DNA of 63,804 nt, the filler included, from Octopus bimaculoides (taxonomy: Eukaryota): NCBI RefSeq assembly GCF_001194135.2. It is 6 parts of 5 records of this genome, joined end to end, with 100 filler letters (N's around TTAATTAATTAA, not from the genome) between each part and the next. Parts side by side here need not be neighbours in the genome. Positions count along the whole stretch, not along the records: positions 21,023 to 30,798 come from NC_068981.1; positions 30,899 to 40,926 come from NC_068992.1; 4 more parts are not named here. One strand, given 5' to 3'. Below, piece by piece: positions 24,600 through 37,700 of this stretch. Position 1 is the first letter of the stretch. Each line of letters starts with the position of its first letter. Below the pieces are notes generated by a model. It saw only the letters and a program-made list of their open reading frames with translations, was not told where the DNA came from and did not search any database. The position numbers and the translations under genes were made by a program.

Positions 24600-24785
24600 C
24601 GGTGTAAATTTTCTGTAATTGGTTAGAAGTTGCTCTTCCGTCCTGAGTTTGTATTCCGCCGCGGTTAACTTTTCCTTTCATCATTTTGGGCTCGAGAAAA
24701 TAAATACCAGTTGAATACTGGGAGTAACGTAATCAACTAATCCCCTAAAATTCTTGCAATTGTGCCAAAATTTGAAGCCTTTATT
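24600..24785 (+). mobile_element. Decayed SINE family B
   Basis: cctgagtttgtattccgcc...cctttcatcattttggg...aataccagttgaatactggg. Confidence 0.7.
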
Positions 24786-25869
24786 TATCTTCTTTTTCCT
24801 ACTATGTCACATATTCGGGTTTTCTTTTCTTATTGTAAGAGATACGACTAATAGCACTTTTTTTTTGTAAGGCTTAAACTAGAAGAAGTGAGACTGTGTC
24901 CATGGCATTCGGAGTCCATTCATGACTTGTAGGCCCCCATATTTGATATGTACATGAATTATATATTACAGTTAGATATTTCATAGATCATAAGGTAAAA
25001 GAAATGAGATGTAAACTCAATACCTTAAAATGAATGCCATAAATGTTTTACCAGTATGAGGAACCAATATCATATTTTACCAAACTAGTTTCGTGGATGC
25101 CGACGCAAGACGGAAATAAGCTGTATTAATAATCTACTGGGGAAGATTCACTTATCTCATCGCTTTTCCTTCTCTGAAAGAGTATCGCTTGTTTAAAACA
25201 TCTAACATCCCTCATTTGCAAAGTCTCCTTCAGTTTCTGACATTAAACGAAATTGTTTTTTAATCTATACAATACGGTTACGAGTAAAAGATGGTCTGGA
25301 GTAAATTAATCACTATAATTGTCAAGAATGCGGCATCAAGAAATCCCTAAACCCAGTCTTCGTTAGCAGAACAGATCTAAAAATAAGTAATGAAAACAGT
25401 GATTCTGAATTTTTAACATGACACCATGGTCTTTGTTGTAGAATTCTTGCTGTTATCTTTACTGAGAGCGCTAAAAAGTGTTTACGCCTACACGACAGTG
25501 CAACTTTACAAACCATATGCTTTTAACATTCTAGACTGTTTAGTAAACGATCTTAACAGACAGGAATAATTTTAACCGACTTGGCTCTGTCTCCTTGACG
25601 TAAGAGAAGAAACGAAAGCGAGCTCATTAACTGCTATCATCATTACCACCGCCAACAATATGATAACAATAATAATAATAACAATAATAACGAAACTAGG
25701 ATTGATTACAATAATGTTTTATTGATAGCAGCATCAACTGGCGTCAGTTTCTATAGAATGATTAAGCTGATGGCATCATTTTACTGGAAGTATGGAATTC
25801 GGTTCAAAATTATCTTTCGCTAAACAACACTGTTATCAAGACAAACCATGTATTGCCAATGTGTGAGTT

Positions 25870-25928
<59 letters not shown>

Positions 25929-26664
25929 GACTCATCAATGAGCACGCTTTACCTTATGAGAACTTGAACGAGGAAATATCTTGTTTATCAAAACAGAATT
26001 ATGTATGCATGAATTACAATATTAAACAAAAGAGAACTCAATAACTTTCATCAATATACATCCTTATGTAGATGGATAAGTGTGTGTACCTTTGTGTGTG
26101 TGCATGTATGCATGAATAATACATACGTGCGTGTACGTGTGTGTGTGTAGCCTGCTGACTACACACACACATACGCACACACGCATACACACGTATGTAT
26201 GTAATAACATAAATAATATATAAATATATGCATATATCCATACGTATATGTACATACCTACATCTATATGTACACATAGATGCATATATGGGTACAGGAC
26301 ATCACACAAAACGTTAAACACAATGAAAAGCGAAAACATAAAGACGAAGACAGAAAACGAACTTTTTGTATGTATGTATGTATGTATGTATGTATCATGA
26401 CGACCTCATTGTAGTTACAGAGAACCATATTGAATTTTGGCACGAAGCCAGCTTCTTTTATGATGTTATCTTCAAAAGATGTCATCTGAAATGCTGAGCT
26501 ATAGTACCTGACCATCTTCAGCAAATATCTGGACTTTGTCTTAGAGACCAACAACTGCATTTTCAATGACACTGGATGCTTAGCCAACAGATGTATGCAA
26601 AATTTTCTGTTCCGACAACATATTGATGGCATTCCATCTCCTCAACATTTGCGTATCACTAAAG

Positions 26665-27110
26665 CAGTGAGCAGGAAAAATCGTCAGCACGCTGGACTAA
26701 ATGCATAGCAGTATTTCGTCCGTCTTTACGTTCTGAGTTCAAATTCCACCGAGGTCGACTTTGCCTTTTGTCCTTTCGGGATCGATAAAATAAGTGCCAG
26801 TTGAGCGCTGGTGGTCGATGCAATCGACTTGACCCCGCTCCTCCAAAATTGCTGGCCTTGTGCCAAACTTTGACACCAAATTTAGTTTGTCACTAAGGCG
26901 GTGAGCTGGTAGGACCGTTAGCACGCTGAGCTAAGTGCCTTGCAGCATTTCGTCCGTCTTTACGTTCTGAGTTCAAATGCCACCGGAGTCGACTTTGCCT
27001 TTCATCCTTTCGGGTATCGATAAAATAAGTACCAATTAAGCACTAGGAAGCGATGTAATCGACTCACCCCCTCCCCTGAACTTGCTGGCTTTCTGCCAAA
27101 ATTCAGCCAG
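26665..27110 (+). mobile_element. Tandem dimer of family B SINEs (26665-26885, 26895-27110)
   Basis: Two consecutive copies of cgtccgtctttacgttctgagttcaaat...gtcgactttgcc...gataaaataagt. Confidence 0.9.
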
Positions 27111-27539
27111 TTGCTAGTGTGTTAATGAATAGTGCAGTATGAAGGAAGGTGGTTGCAAAAATAGTGCTGCACTTTGGCTGTTAGCTTCTGTTCGCAATGC
27201 TTGGAATCTAGCTTGGTTTTATTCAGTATATTCTTGTTATCTTGTCATGAAATACTTGATGTCATCATTATTAATGCCATCAAGTTGTTATGATAGCATC
27301 ACAACAACTTGTTTTTCAATTTCCTTCTGTCTACTCCTTCATGCGTACTAAGCCATGCATAACGCTCTGTGGTTATTGCCACCTTCCCCTGACGTGTCTT
27401 GAAGTATTCATTCTCTCTCTCTCTCCCCTCTCTCTCTCTCTCTCTCCCTCTCCCTTTCCCTCTCTCTCTCCCTCTCCCCTCTCTCTCCATCTCTCTCTCT
27501 TCTAACTTTACCAGTTTCAGAAGAATTTTATCTTTTTAT

Positions 27540-27860
27540 TTTCTCTTATAGTTGTTTCAATCATTGGATTGCGACAATGCGGGAGCACCGCCCAGAGGGG
27601 TTTAATCGAATAAATCGACCTAGTACTTGTATTTTAAGTCCGGCACTTATGCTATCTGTCTTTTTGTCGAACCGCTAAGTTACGGGGACACATGCAATGA
27701 TACACACACACACACGGCAGAATTCCATGCAGTTTCCATCCATCAAATTCACTCACAACGTATTAGTCGACCACAGAAGACATTTGTCCAAAGTGACACG
27801 CAGTGGGACCGAGCCCGAAACCAGAAGCTTTCAAATCGAGTTTTTTAACCACACGGCCAT
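27540..27860 (-). mobile_element. Decayed SINE family A
   Basis: gagcaccgcc...gaaccgctaagttacgggg...gacacgcagtgggaccgagcccg. Confidence 0.75.
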
Positions 27861-28109
27861 GCCTCCACCTACAATTTTGTTTTTCAAGTGACTGAAAGAA
27901 TGACACTTAAAAATCAAACAAATATTTGAACAGAATGAGAGTGAAGTCGGTACGAAGATTACAAATTATCTTTCTCACATTAACTAAGAACAAATGGAAA
28001 GAAATATACTAAAATATTGAGTGACTGTCCAAGAAAATTGTGACGATTACTGTTTTCGACTGGGTAACAAATAGATTAAAATTTTAATCAAAACACAAGA
28101 AGAGGTGTA

Positions 28110-28480
28110 TAAAGACATGACTGTGTGAGCGAAGTTTCCGTTTGCTAAACGGAAACTGTTGGGAAGCCAGCCCTATATGTGTGCGTGTGTGAGTCTATGC
28201 GTTTGAATGTGTGTGTATCTGTGTATTCGAGTGTGTTCGTGTGTGTGTGTGTGTGTGTGCGCGTGTGTGTGTGTGTGTGTGTGTGTCTGTCATTGTGTTA
28301 GTGTCTGTTCGTCTTTGTGTTAGTGTCTGTTCTTTTCCCACCAGTGTTGCTTTGTTAACGTCCCCGTAACTTAGCGACTCATCAAGTGCTGGGGTCGATC
28401 TGTTCGACTAAACCATTCAAGGTGATGCCCTTGCATGCCATGGCCGCCGACCAATGACTGCAACAAGTAAAAGAGTGAGC
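28110..28480 (+). mobile_element. Decayed SINE family A-related copy
   Basis: acggaaactg..gaagcc, internal (TG)n, acgtccccgtaacttagcg, ggggtcgatctgttcgactaa, gactgcaacaagtaaaagag. Confidence 0.7.
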
Positions 28481-29373
28481 AAACGGAAGTACGAAAGAAA
28501 GAAAACCGTTAATACATTTGGTAGTGGACACGTATCCAATAACAGTTTGACTTAGCTCCACGTTTCTTCAAATTTTCGAAGGCATAAAACCTGTCCACAT
28601 CATCAGATGTTTGGCGGCAGAGAGAAGAAAATTAAGAAGAAACATAAAATGGCTTCTAACTGGAGTGTTTTCGATCTCCATTGGTCATTTCAAGTCTTTG
28701 ACTTCCTACTGTAGGGACACAGCTTGCTATTACTCATGTTGCTCACATAAACACATACGTAACCTGACTCTATCAAATCGGTTACGTCCCCACGTGGTAG
28801 ATGATGCTGAAATATCACGCCCTTCAGAATAACGAGTAACTGATACCAACATCTTGTCTACTCTGCCATGTGTAATATCCAATGTAAAGAACTAATGTCA
28901 CTTAAATATCACACCCGTAGAATGCCGAGTACGTGACATCACCATCCTGTTTGCTCCACCACGAGGACCTATTAGTAAAAGAAGTAATACCAGTATCATG
29001 ACAAAAACTATCATGTGATCTAAATTGACCAGTAGGGCCCTACCTCGAATCTATTTCAAATTCCTTTTAAATTTTCTTTATATGTGTACGCTCACCCCAC
29101 TCCCACCCACCCCCACACATAACTGTTTATACATATATCCATATATACATTCTAGTGAGACACTTTCAGCTCTTTTATCCAGACTACAGATTTTCATTGG
29201 AGCCTATTATTATAAGTGAACTGGATTATATAGCAATAGACTTGCATAAAAGACTAGCAATGCTCATGTTCTCGAGCTCTCTTAACTAAAAAGGTTTTGT
29301 CGCTTAATCAGCGACCAGCATGAGATCTCTCAAGAAGGATTTAAGTTAATCTCAAAGAGAAATCATAGATGCG

Positions 29374-29490
29374 TACATACATACATACATACATACATAC
29401 ATACATACAAACATGCATACATACATACATACATGCATGCATGCATACATACATACATACATACATACATACATACATACATACATACAT
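29374..29490. repeat. (CATA)n microsatellite
   Basis: Direct reading. Confidence 0.95.
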
Positions 29491-30030
29491 GATTTGGGAT
29501 AGATAAGAAAAACTGTGTACAGTTGTGGAAATTAGCTGCCCAGCAGATGTTAACATAAAGCTGAAGATCAGTGAAAAAGAGAATACCTACGCTGGACTAT
29601 TAAGAAATCTGCAGTCACTTTATCCAGATTACAAGTTCAAGTTTATACCTGTAATTATTGGGGCCCTGGAATATGTAACATACTGCTTAAATGCCAATCT
29701 TGAGAAATTAGGCTTCTCAAATCCAGGAAGAAGAAAGCTAATTCGAAGACTACAGATCCAATTCATCAGTGGAACTGTAAAAATCTGTAAAACTTTCCAG
29801 AAGTTTATCATTTAGATATATATGAGCATGTCTAGATATGCAACTATATGCATGAGAATGCATACATAAAGCAAAACATACAAATCTGCACATAGATGCA
29901 TACAAACAAACAAAAATACCTTGTTGTTGATGTTGAAATGCCAATGAAGGAGCCTTGGATCTCGGGTAGAAACCGGCTCTTTCTCTGTTGGCAAGAAATC
30001 TTGAAATAAAACTGAACAATCATACATACA
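29491..30030 (+). mobile_element. 5'-truncated RLE-type LINE 3' end (endonuclease C-terminus plus 3' UTR) embedded in (CATA)n
   Basis: VEISCPADVNIKLKISEKENTYAGLL...FIPVIIGAL...GTVKICKTF (stop at 29815). The UTR ends in aactgaacaat-catacatacac. Confidence 0.8.
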
Positions 30031-30124
30031 CAAGATGCTTATTAATACTCGCACTGTACAAAATATTGATACATAGGTTATTCTACTTTGAAAATTTCCG
30101 TAATCTAAATTCATATTGATTTCA

Positions 30125-30285
30125 AATTTTGGCACAAGGCCAGCAATTTCGAGGAAGGGCGTAAATCGATTACATCGACCACAGTGTTCAACTGATACTT
30201 GTCGCTCTCGAAAGTCGACCTCGGCGAAGTTTGAACTTAGAAAATGAAGACGAACGAAATGCCGCTAAGCATTTCACCCTTAAAT
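30125..30285 (-). mobile_element. SINE family B, partial
   Basis: ggcacaaggccagcaattt...aaagtcgacctcggcgaagtttgaact...ccgctaagcattt. Confidence 0.8.
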
Positions 30286-30441
30286 TAAAATCATATTAAT
30301 AACAATAATTGATATTAAAAAATTCACAAAACTTCAGGCAAAGAGCATTAGGTCGCGATTTATTAAAAGTCATTTATTCAAGATGATGCTTTATAAATAG
30401 TGTCCAGATGGTTTTCGCCTGAAGGTTCATGAATGTTTAAA

Positions 30442-30469
30442 TCTATATATATAAAAAAGTGAGAATGGG

Positions 30470-30508
<39 letters not shown>

Positions 30509-30798
30509 GTGAATCCCTAAAACTCGAGAACTACGCAACCAATTTCATTCAAATTTTACACATGCCTTACTTAGGGTTCCAGTTGTGTTTTAGTCAAAAA
30601 AAATTATTAACTTCTTGCAGAGTTCGAGCACACGGCAACATAATATCTCCTCCACTATTTAAGTATTACGTGTCAAAAGTGAAACAAAAACACTCATGTC
30701 AAATACTTTCACTTTAAAAATAAAACTATTCCACTAACTGAAACAATCACATTTCGATACTGTAGTGACAGATACTTTCACAGAGAGAGAAAGAGAGA
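30442..30798 (+). mobile_element. Helitron-like 5' terminus (runs into scaffold join)
   Basis: a|TCtatatatataaaa followed by (CTGT)n and aactacgcaaccaatttc...aaatttt, the usual layout of non-autonomous Helitron 5' ends. Confidence 0.6.
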
Positions 30799-31083
30799 NN
30801 NNNNNNNNNNNNNNNNNNNNNNNNNNNNNNNNNNNNNNNNNNTTAATTAATTAANNNNNNNNNNNNNNNNNNNNNNNNNNNNNNNNNNNNNNNNNNNNAA
30901 GATATGTTTGAATTTTTGGAAATAAGGCTCTAAATAGAGCTATTTCCGATTTGAAAAATATATGTTCACGAAGTATTTTGTGTTATACACAACTTATACA
31001 AAATTTTAAAACAAAATAGGTCTTTTAAGAGGTGAAAAATGCAACTTACATGGGAGCCGATGTGTCTACCGTCCGTCCATGAT

Positions 31084-31144
<61 letters not shown>

Positions 31145-31148
31145 ATAA

Positions 31149-31206
<58 letters not shown>
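31084..31206. repeat. (GATA)n microsatellite
   Basis: Direct reading. Confidence 0.95.
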
Positions 31207-31207
<1 letters not shown>

Positions 31208-31399
31208 TTATGTGCATTGACTACGGCATTAGATAATTTTAGCTCCTATTTCTAGCAATTTAGTTACTTCTAACACCCCAGTTACCCATAGTGACAATTA
31301 ACGTTCTCCTTTTGTGAAACTGCTGTACCACTATTTCACACGTTTCCAGATTAGGGATATAATAAACGGATAAATAATGTTAAGGTATCTTTCGTTTTC

Positions 31400-32070
31400 T
31401 ATTTCGCCATAGATTCAGAGATGATGCACAAACTGGAGACTAGCTGGAGTTTAACAAAATGTAAAAGAAAGTTTCTAAGGATTACAAGATATTCCATCCG
31501 CCATTTTAGATTTCGGTGTCAGGTTTCTCACTGCTGTTAACCTTTCCTTTCATCTGCTGATAAGCCCTTTTCCGATCCTGCTGCAACACTCTATTGATCT
31601 TATATTGTTCAATTCTTACATCATATCTCTTAATCTTTGTAGCTTTAGCCCGCTGCCTTTGTTTCATTTGTTCAAGGGCTACATTTAGCCCATTTTCTGG
31701 ATCTAATATGTACATTCTAGTTCCGGATATTTCTGCTTCTACTTGATTCTATTGTGTTTCTTTCTTTCCAGGATGCTGATAATGTTTCGAAGTTCGTTCA
31801 TTGATTGTTTTATCCTTCTCTTCTAGCACGGCTCTTTGGCTAAATGTCCTCTTTACAGTTCAGTTCAAGCCTTATTTTCCTTCTTATATAGAGGGCACGG
31901 GCTTTAATCAATCTATTCGCTCTAATCATATCGTCTTAATATCCATCAGTAGTTTATCAGTACTTTATTCACCTTCTGTCCACCCACTGAGCACTTTCTT
32001 AAATTCATTTCATTCTAAACTTTTCTCAATGATACCAATAAGGTAAGCAATCCTGTGTTGGGGATCAACC
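31400..32070 (-). mobile_element. RLE-type (R4/Dong-like) LINE, pre-RT fragment
   Basis: LEQMKQRQRAKATKIKRYDVRIEQYKINRVLQQDRKRAYQ matches the conserved segment upstream of RT in R4/Dong ORFs. Confidence 0.7.
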
Positions 32071-32429
32071 CAGAGCTCTGCAGCGACAGAAATGAGAAGA
32101 AATAAGTTAGACAAATTTTATTTCGGCTTTTGTTTCATTTTTTAGTTGCTAATATTCTTGCTATTACATTCGTCATTATTGTCACTATAATGATCATCAC
32201 TATTATCATTCTTGTTCTAATTTGTTAGTATTATTGTTACCGGTGATGATGGCAGCAATATTGTAAAGTGTGTTGTTTTTGTTGTTTCATTTTTCGTTAT
32301 TATTTTCGTTGTTCTAGCTATCTTCAGTAGCTACGGTTGTTCTGTTGTTGTTGTCATCATTAACATAAGCATAAGAATCTGTAAAATTCAGCAGAAGTTA
32401 ACAGTTATAGAGAAAAAAAGGCAGTGGTA

Positions 32430-33040
32430 TTTGTCTTTTGATAGAACTAGCAGTTTAAAATATCAAAATATGCGTGCGATAGAAGAGCTTCTCATTTATT
32501 GTTGAGTTCTGACTAAGTCTACTTGTATTCTGTTTAGTTTACCCTCCTATTTACCATGTAAAGGCTTTTCTTGTCAACGTTTTATGAAGGTGATTTGTAG
32601 TTTCAGTTTGGCTTGTATTTGAGTTGCTTTACATCATTTCTTGTTTTTGTTTCTTCATGTTTGTCAAGTATTATGATATTTTTTGTACATTTCCGCTTCC
32701 TTCAAGACCAGAAATATTTTTTTGTTCTTGTTTTGCTCATGCTCTCTGGTTATTTGCACCAGTTTTCCTTGTTTGTGCGTTAGATATTTGTGTTGCCCTA
32801 TGATGGCTGTTTTATAGTAACTTTGTCATTCTATAAGGCGTTTAACACCTTCATTTCCTTGCATATATAAACTTTGTAAGTCATATTTTGGGTTGTATAC
32901 TCTAAATTTTGTCATACGTTTGTTTTTCTTCCTGTCTAGTTTGGCTAGTTCATTTAGTATCCAATTAAGAATATCATGAGTTTAAATGCTAGACGATTGA
33001 TATTTGTTATCTTATTTTTCGTATTGTGCTCTGCTGTAAA
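32430..33040 (-). mobile_element. RLE-type LINE, decayed post-RT fragment
   Basis: ILNWILNELAKLDRKKNKRMTKFRVYNPKYDLQSLYMQGNEG, equivalent to the W...LDRK.RK.M....HPKAD..RLY...GGRG motif. Confidence 0.6.
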
Positions 33041-33108
33041 TACTAATCTAACTCGTCCATAATATACTTTCATTGTTGTTGTTATAGGTGTTGTTGTTGC
33101 TCTTGTTG

Positions 33109-33175
<67 letters not shown>

Positions 33176-33229
33176 GGTTTAGCTCAGGTTCGCTCTTATT
33201 CCTAGTAGGATTTATGAGAGCAGCGGTTA

Positions 33230-34950
33230 ACCACCCGTAAACTGGTGTCAACACAGGACATCTCGAGACGAGATGGTCCATTGTTTCATCAAATTTATCG
33301 CAGAATCTGCATTTAGGGTCAGAAACGTATTGAAGAACGATAGCCTAGTAGTTTTTGGCAAGTAAACTTTGATCTTGTGCTGCTAATATGAAACTTTCAC
33401 TCTCTGCTTTCAGCCCTGAGCTTCTCGGCCACTGATGGGTTTTTGCTTGGTCTACATAAGCATTTCGGCTTCGAAGTATATACTGTCCATGCAGAGGCGT
33501 CTTACTCCACCGCTCCTCAATTTGTTTCTGCCCGTTCTTTTTTGCAGTCTGTTTGAGCCATTTATTTTTTTCGTGGCAATGGTTTCAGGTTCTTCATCTA
33601 ATTCAGGATTAATGCCAAGTTCCCTTGCGAATATGCAAGCTTCCTTGACAATAGGATATGATTTTTGGTTGCTTTAGTGTTTTCACACAAGCCGCAGTAT
33701 TCACTCCCCTGTATTAGATAAATACTTGCACATTGTTATTGTGGAGGTCTTATATTGTACAGTTCGACCTACTTGCACCATTCCTTTTCCCCCGTTAATT
33801 GTAGGCAGGTACAGAGGATCAAAGTCTGCTTTTGGGTGGTGCATGCTCTTAAATGTTAGTAGTTTTCTTTCTTTCTGTCCAGGCGTTCGAATTCTGTAAG
33901 ATTCCAACTAATGATGTTAAAACTGTATTGGAATACTGGTAGTGCCACGGTGTTAATAACTTCAATGCGATTTTGGGGTTGAGGTCAGTTTTTAGGATAA
34001 GTCGTATTCATCTGTAATACTCCTTTCGTACTTTTTCCTCCATAGTAACATCTTGTGTACTGTCTCCTTCATTTGCCCCCAGGTATTTATAGCTATTTTG
34101 TGGGTCAAGCTCCTTGATAGCAGTGTTGGTGTCTAATCAAATGGAAGTTGTTTGCTTGAGCTTTCCTCTTACAAAGAGCACACTTATTAAGACAACACTT
34201 GAGCACATTTATTAAGGCCAAAATCCATCCCGATGTCATTGCCGAACTCTTTAACAGTTGTTAACAGCCCTACAAGCTCGTCGTCATTTCTATCAAACAG
34301 CTGCAGATCGTCCATAAAAAACATGATTTACTGTATTATACATTTTGAACTCATACCTAGTATTACTCATTTCATTTGAGTGTGTGATGGAACAGTTGCA
34401 TGCAAAAGAATAATGGGGAGAGGCAGTCACCTTAAAAGATGCCTTGTTTGATGTTTATGTTGTTAGATTGGCTCATCTCATTACTATGGTTTACAAGAAA
34501 CGTGTATTTCCACTTAACGATCCTACCCTGTAAGAATTTGGAGACTACAGGAGAGATCTTGTATATCTCAAGGACCTTGAGTAGCCAACTATGTGGGGCA
34601 ATATCAAACGCTTTCCTGTAGTCTATCCATGCCATACTCAGGTTCGTTTGATTGCTCCGGCAATTCCCTACAATCATTTTATTTATGTGTAATTAATCTT
34701 TGCATCCATACGAATTCCTTTTACACCCTTTTTTGGGCTTGTAGAAGGATAGAGTTCATCTAGTATGGATGTGAGGATCCTGTAGGTGATGTCGAGACAT
34801 TAATTGGTCGGTAGAGATCATTCTTAAATAATTTTGAATTCCTTTTTGTTTTATCATATCAAGTGCTCCTACAATCACTGGTATTGTAATAGTCTTGAGA
34901 TGCCACATCTTTTCGATTTCGCTTAGCAAATCTTAATATTTTCTGTATAT
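33230..34950 (-). mobile_element. RLE-type (R4/Dong-like) LINE, RT through CCHC knuckle (pseudogenised)
   Basis: YRPI, WIDYRKAFD..PHSW, IKQGIF, FMDD (34307-34318), HHPKADFDPLYLP and CRFCDKFDETMDHLVSRC. The first ~120 bp is a separate RLE C-terminal scrap (EIEKMWHLKTITIPVIVGAL). Confidence 0.85.
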
Positions 34951-34957
34951 TTTCTTT

Positions 34958-35125
<168 letters not shown>

Positions 35126-35129
35126 ATTG

Positions 35130-35635
35130 TTATTAAAACGGCAGCTAATATGATCCTTCACTCTCTGTTGTAAGCCCTGAGCTTCGTAACCATTGATGCA
35201 TGTGTCTCTGGTCGACATCAGCTTGTTTGCTACGAGCCACATGCTTGCCATGCAGAGGTTTCTGTTCCTATGACCACATGTATTGTTTTAGTCTTGAGCT
35301 TCCACATTCTGCTAATTTCTATTTCAAGATCTTTATACTTGCTCATTAATTGGTAGGTCTTGACTACTTCATTTATGTCGATTGGGACAGTAATATCAAA
35401 GAGGAGGCATGATTTTTGTCTGACGTCTTTGATTATAATATCTGACCTTTTCGCGTCTATTTTTCTGTCAGTTTGAACAGTGAAGTTCCAGAGGAGTGAG
35501 TTGTGATCAATTTGAAGCACTGGAGGGGGTTTATGTTCCCACCAGTTTTTATCATGGGACAGGTTCAGGTTTTTGCAAATTACCCAGTGAATAAATTGTT
35601 CTGCTCTATCATGCCTATTGAGATACACTGTAGAC
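35130..35635 (-). mobile_element. RLE-type LINE endonuclease domain and 3' end
   Basis: YLNRHD..W...LLWNFTVQTDRKIDAKRSDIII...FDITVP...KYKDLEIEISRMWKLK, a RHD/PD-(D/E)xK-type endonuclease. Confidence 0.9.
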
Positions 35636-36505
35636 TTTTACAACTGTTGTTGTTGTTGTCGTTGTTGTTGTTGCTGCTGCTGCTGTTGTTGTTGCTGTTG
35701 TTGTTGTTGCTGTTGTTGTTGTTGCTGTTATTGATTAATGACATTGAGCACTGGCGTTGATGTACTCCACAGTCACCGTCCCAGAAAATTGTTGAAATTA
35801 TTAGGATGTGGTGCTTATATTCTCTACTTTTTGAGGTAGGAATACCTCATATATTATTGGGCTATTAGAAAAAATACATGGCTATACTTCCTTGAATATG
35901 ACCAGATTTTCGAAACTGCAAAACGACAACAGTACTGCCTTGCTTTATTATAATTCTAGTCGAAATACAAATCATTATAAGTAAATAAGAAATATGCGAA
36001 AAGTCCATTAAAATGATGAATGGCGGTTAGATATTGCTTTGTGTCATATTCTGTCTGCTCTCGTTCGCTTGAAATATGTTACTGTTGACAATAATTCTGA
36101 GTCCTAGTAAGAACCTGTCTTGTCGTCCACATATTAAAATTATTTCAGCTGTTTGTTTGCAGTGAATTGCTGAGAATGTATCAACTCTCATATTTAAATC
36201 TAAGTCCTACAAAGTTGAATGAATGGAGAATTCCGAAATAGACGACAACGCGTCAATTTTTGCGGATTTCGTTAATCGAGATGTTAAGATATTCGATCGA
36301 TATTTCGTATGATATTTAATTAAATTGCATTCAATTTATTTTTAAGAGCATTCACCTATGATCCTAATGAACATAAAGACGAAGGTTAGGTGTGGCATTT
36401 GTGATTAGTATTAAGTCTAATGCTAACAAATATAATGAGCACAAAGTAGCGAGGAAAACATTTTTAATTCATTAAAGTTTCACTCCTGATGATGATTAAA
36501 ATTAA

Positions 36506-36930
36506 TTGGCGTAGGTGGGTGGTAAGAAGTTGCTTCTAGACCACACTGTTCCGGGTTCAGTCCCACTGTATGTCATCTTGGGCAAGTGTTTTCCATTATA
36601 GTCTCGGGCCGACCAAGGCCTTGGTGATCGAATCGGTAGACGGAAACTGAAAGAATACCCTCGTATATGTGTGTGTGTGTATGTGTATGTATGTATGTTT
36701 GTATGTCTGTGAGTGTGTCTGTATGTCTGTGACTGAGTTTGTCCCCAGCACCACCACCATTTTACAACCGGTGCTGATGGGTTTACGTTCCCGTAACTTA
36801 GCACCAAAAGAATACCGTTAGAATAAGTACCAAACTAAAAATATTACTGAGATGGATACATTGACTAAAGGTTATTCAAGGCAGAGCCCCAGCATGGCTG
36901 CAGTCCAATGACTGAAACAAGTAAGAGGCA
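36506..36930 (+). mobile_element. SINE family A, full length
   Basis: ggcgtaggtgggtggtaag...ccgggttcagtccc...gacggaaactgaaagaa...cccgtaacttagc...gactgaaacaagtaa. Confidence 0.85.
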
Positions 36931-37399
36931 AATGATAAAAGATTGCAGTAATTTAACCTTATAAATGGAGATAAGTCAGAATTAATTCTGCACTTGCTGC
37001 ATTGATGTGTTTCAGCACCACGTCGCATATCCATAACAGTCAACTCCTTTTGCTGTGCCCTAGATTTAAGATTTACCAAAACCTTTTCTCTTTTGAATAT
37101 CTCCACTCTATTCATTTCCAAAACTTCCTGATGTCTAGCTATTCTAAACACTTTCATAACTTGATTTCAAATCTTCTCATCTCCTTTAACATTAAATTCG
37201 CTCCACCTTACAATTCGTTGCTTTCCCTATAACCAGTAGATGGTCGCGAAGATTAAAATGGTTTTCCACACAAAGCTGTTACTCCAAACTTGCTGTTCAG
37301 AACGTCTAGTGAAACGCCACTCTTTTAATCGTATCCCATAACTTGCAACCAGCCCGACATATATTGTCTTCGATTTATCTCTCTTCTCCCACAGTTCGC

Positions 37400-37700
37400 C
37401 TTGTCACCTCTCCTACGGATTTTCCTATAGTACCTCGCCGACAGACTACCCTGTAGTATTACTCCGATTCTCATCTTGATTTTCACCACATCGTCCAAGA
37501 GCCTATTCTTCTTTCCTGAAGTGCAACCACAATGTGTGTCACTTCCAATAGACCGTTATTTCATTTCTTCAGAAACTCTTTTCATAATATCAACCAGTCC
37601 GCATGGACTAACGCCTCCTTTCATGTCACCTACAGTTTCCCCTGCGACAATGAAATCATTACATACCGTCATTGTAGCTGATCATACATCAGAGTAACCG
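37400..37700 (-). mobile_element. Highly decayed RTE-like LINE C-terminal remnant
   Basis: LDDVVKIKMRIGV...RKIRR loosely resembles the RTE terminal W.DVVK.D.R.LG.....W motif. Confidence 0.35.

Noticed and set aside
26385-26640. RT fragment with an AF[A]DD motif next to (CATA)n
   Set aside because: Requires a frameshift and no other motif supports it.
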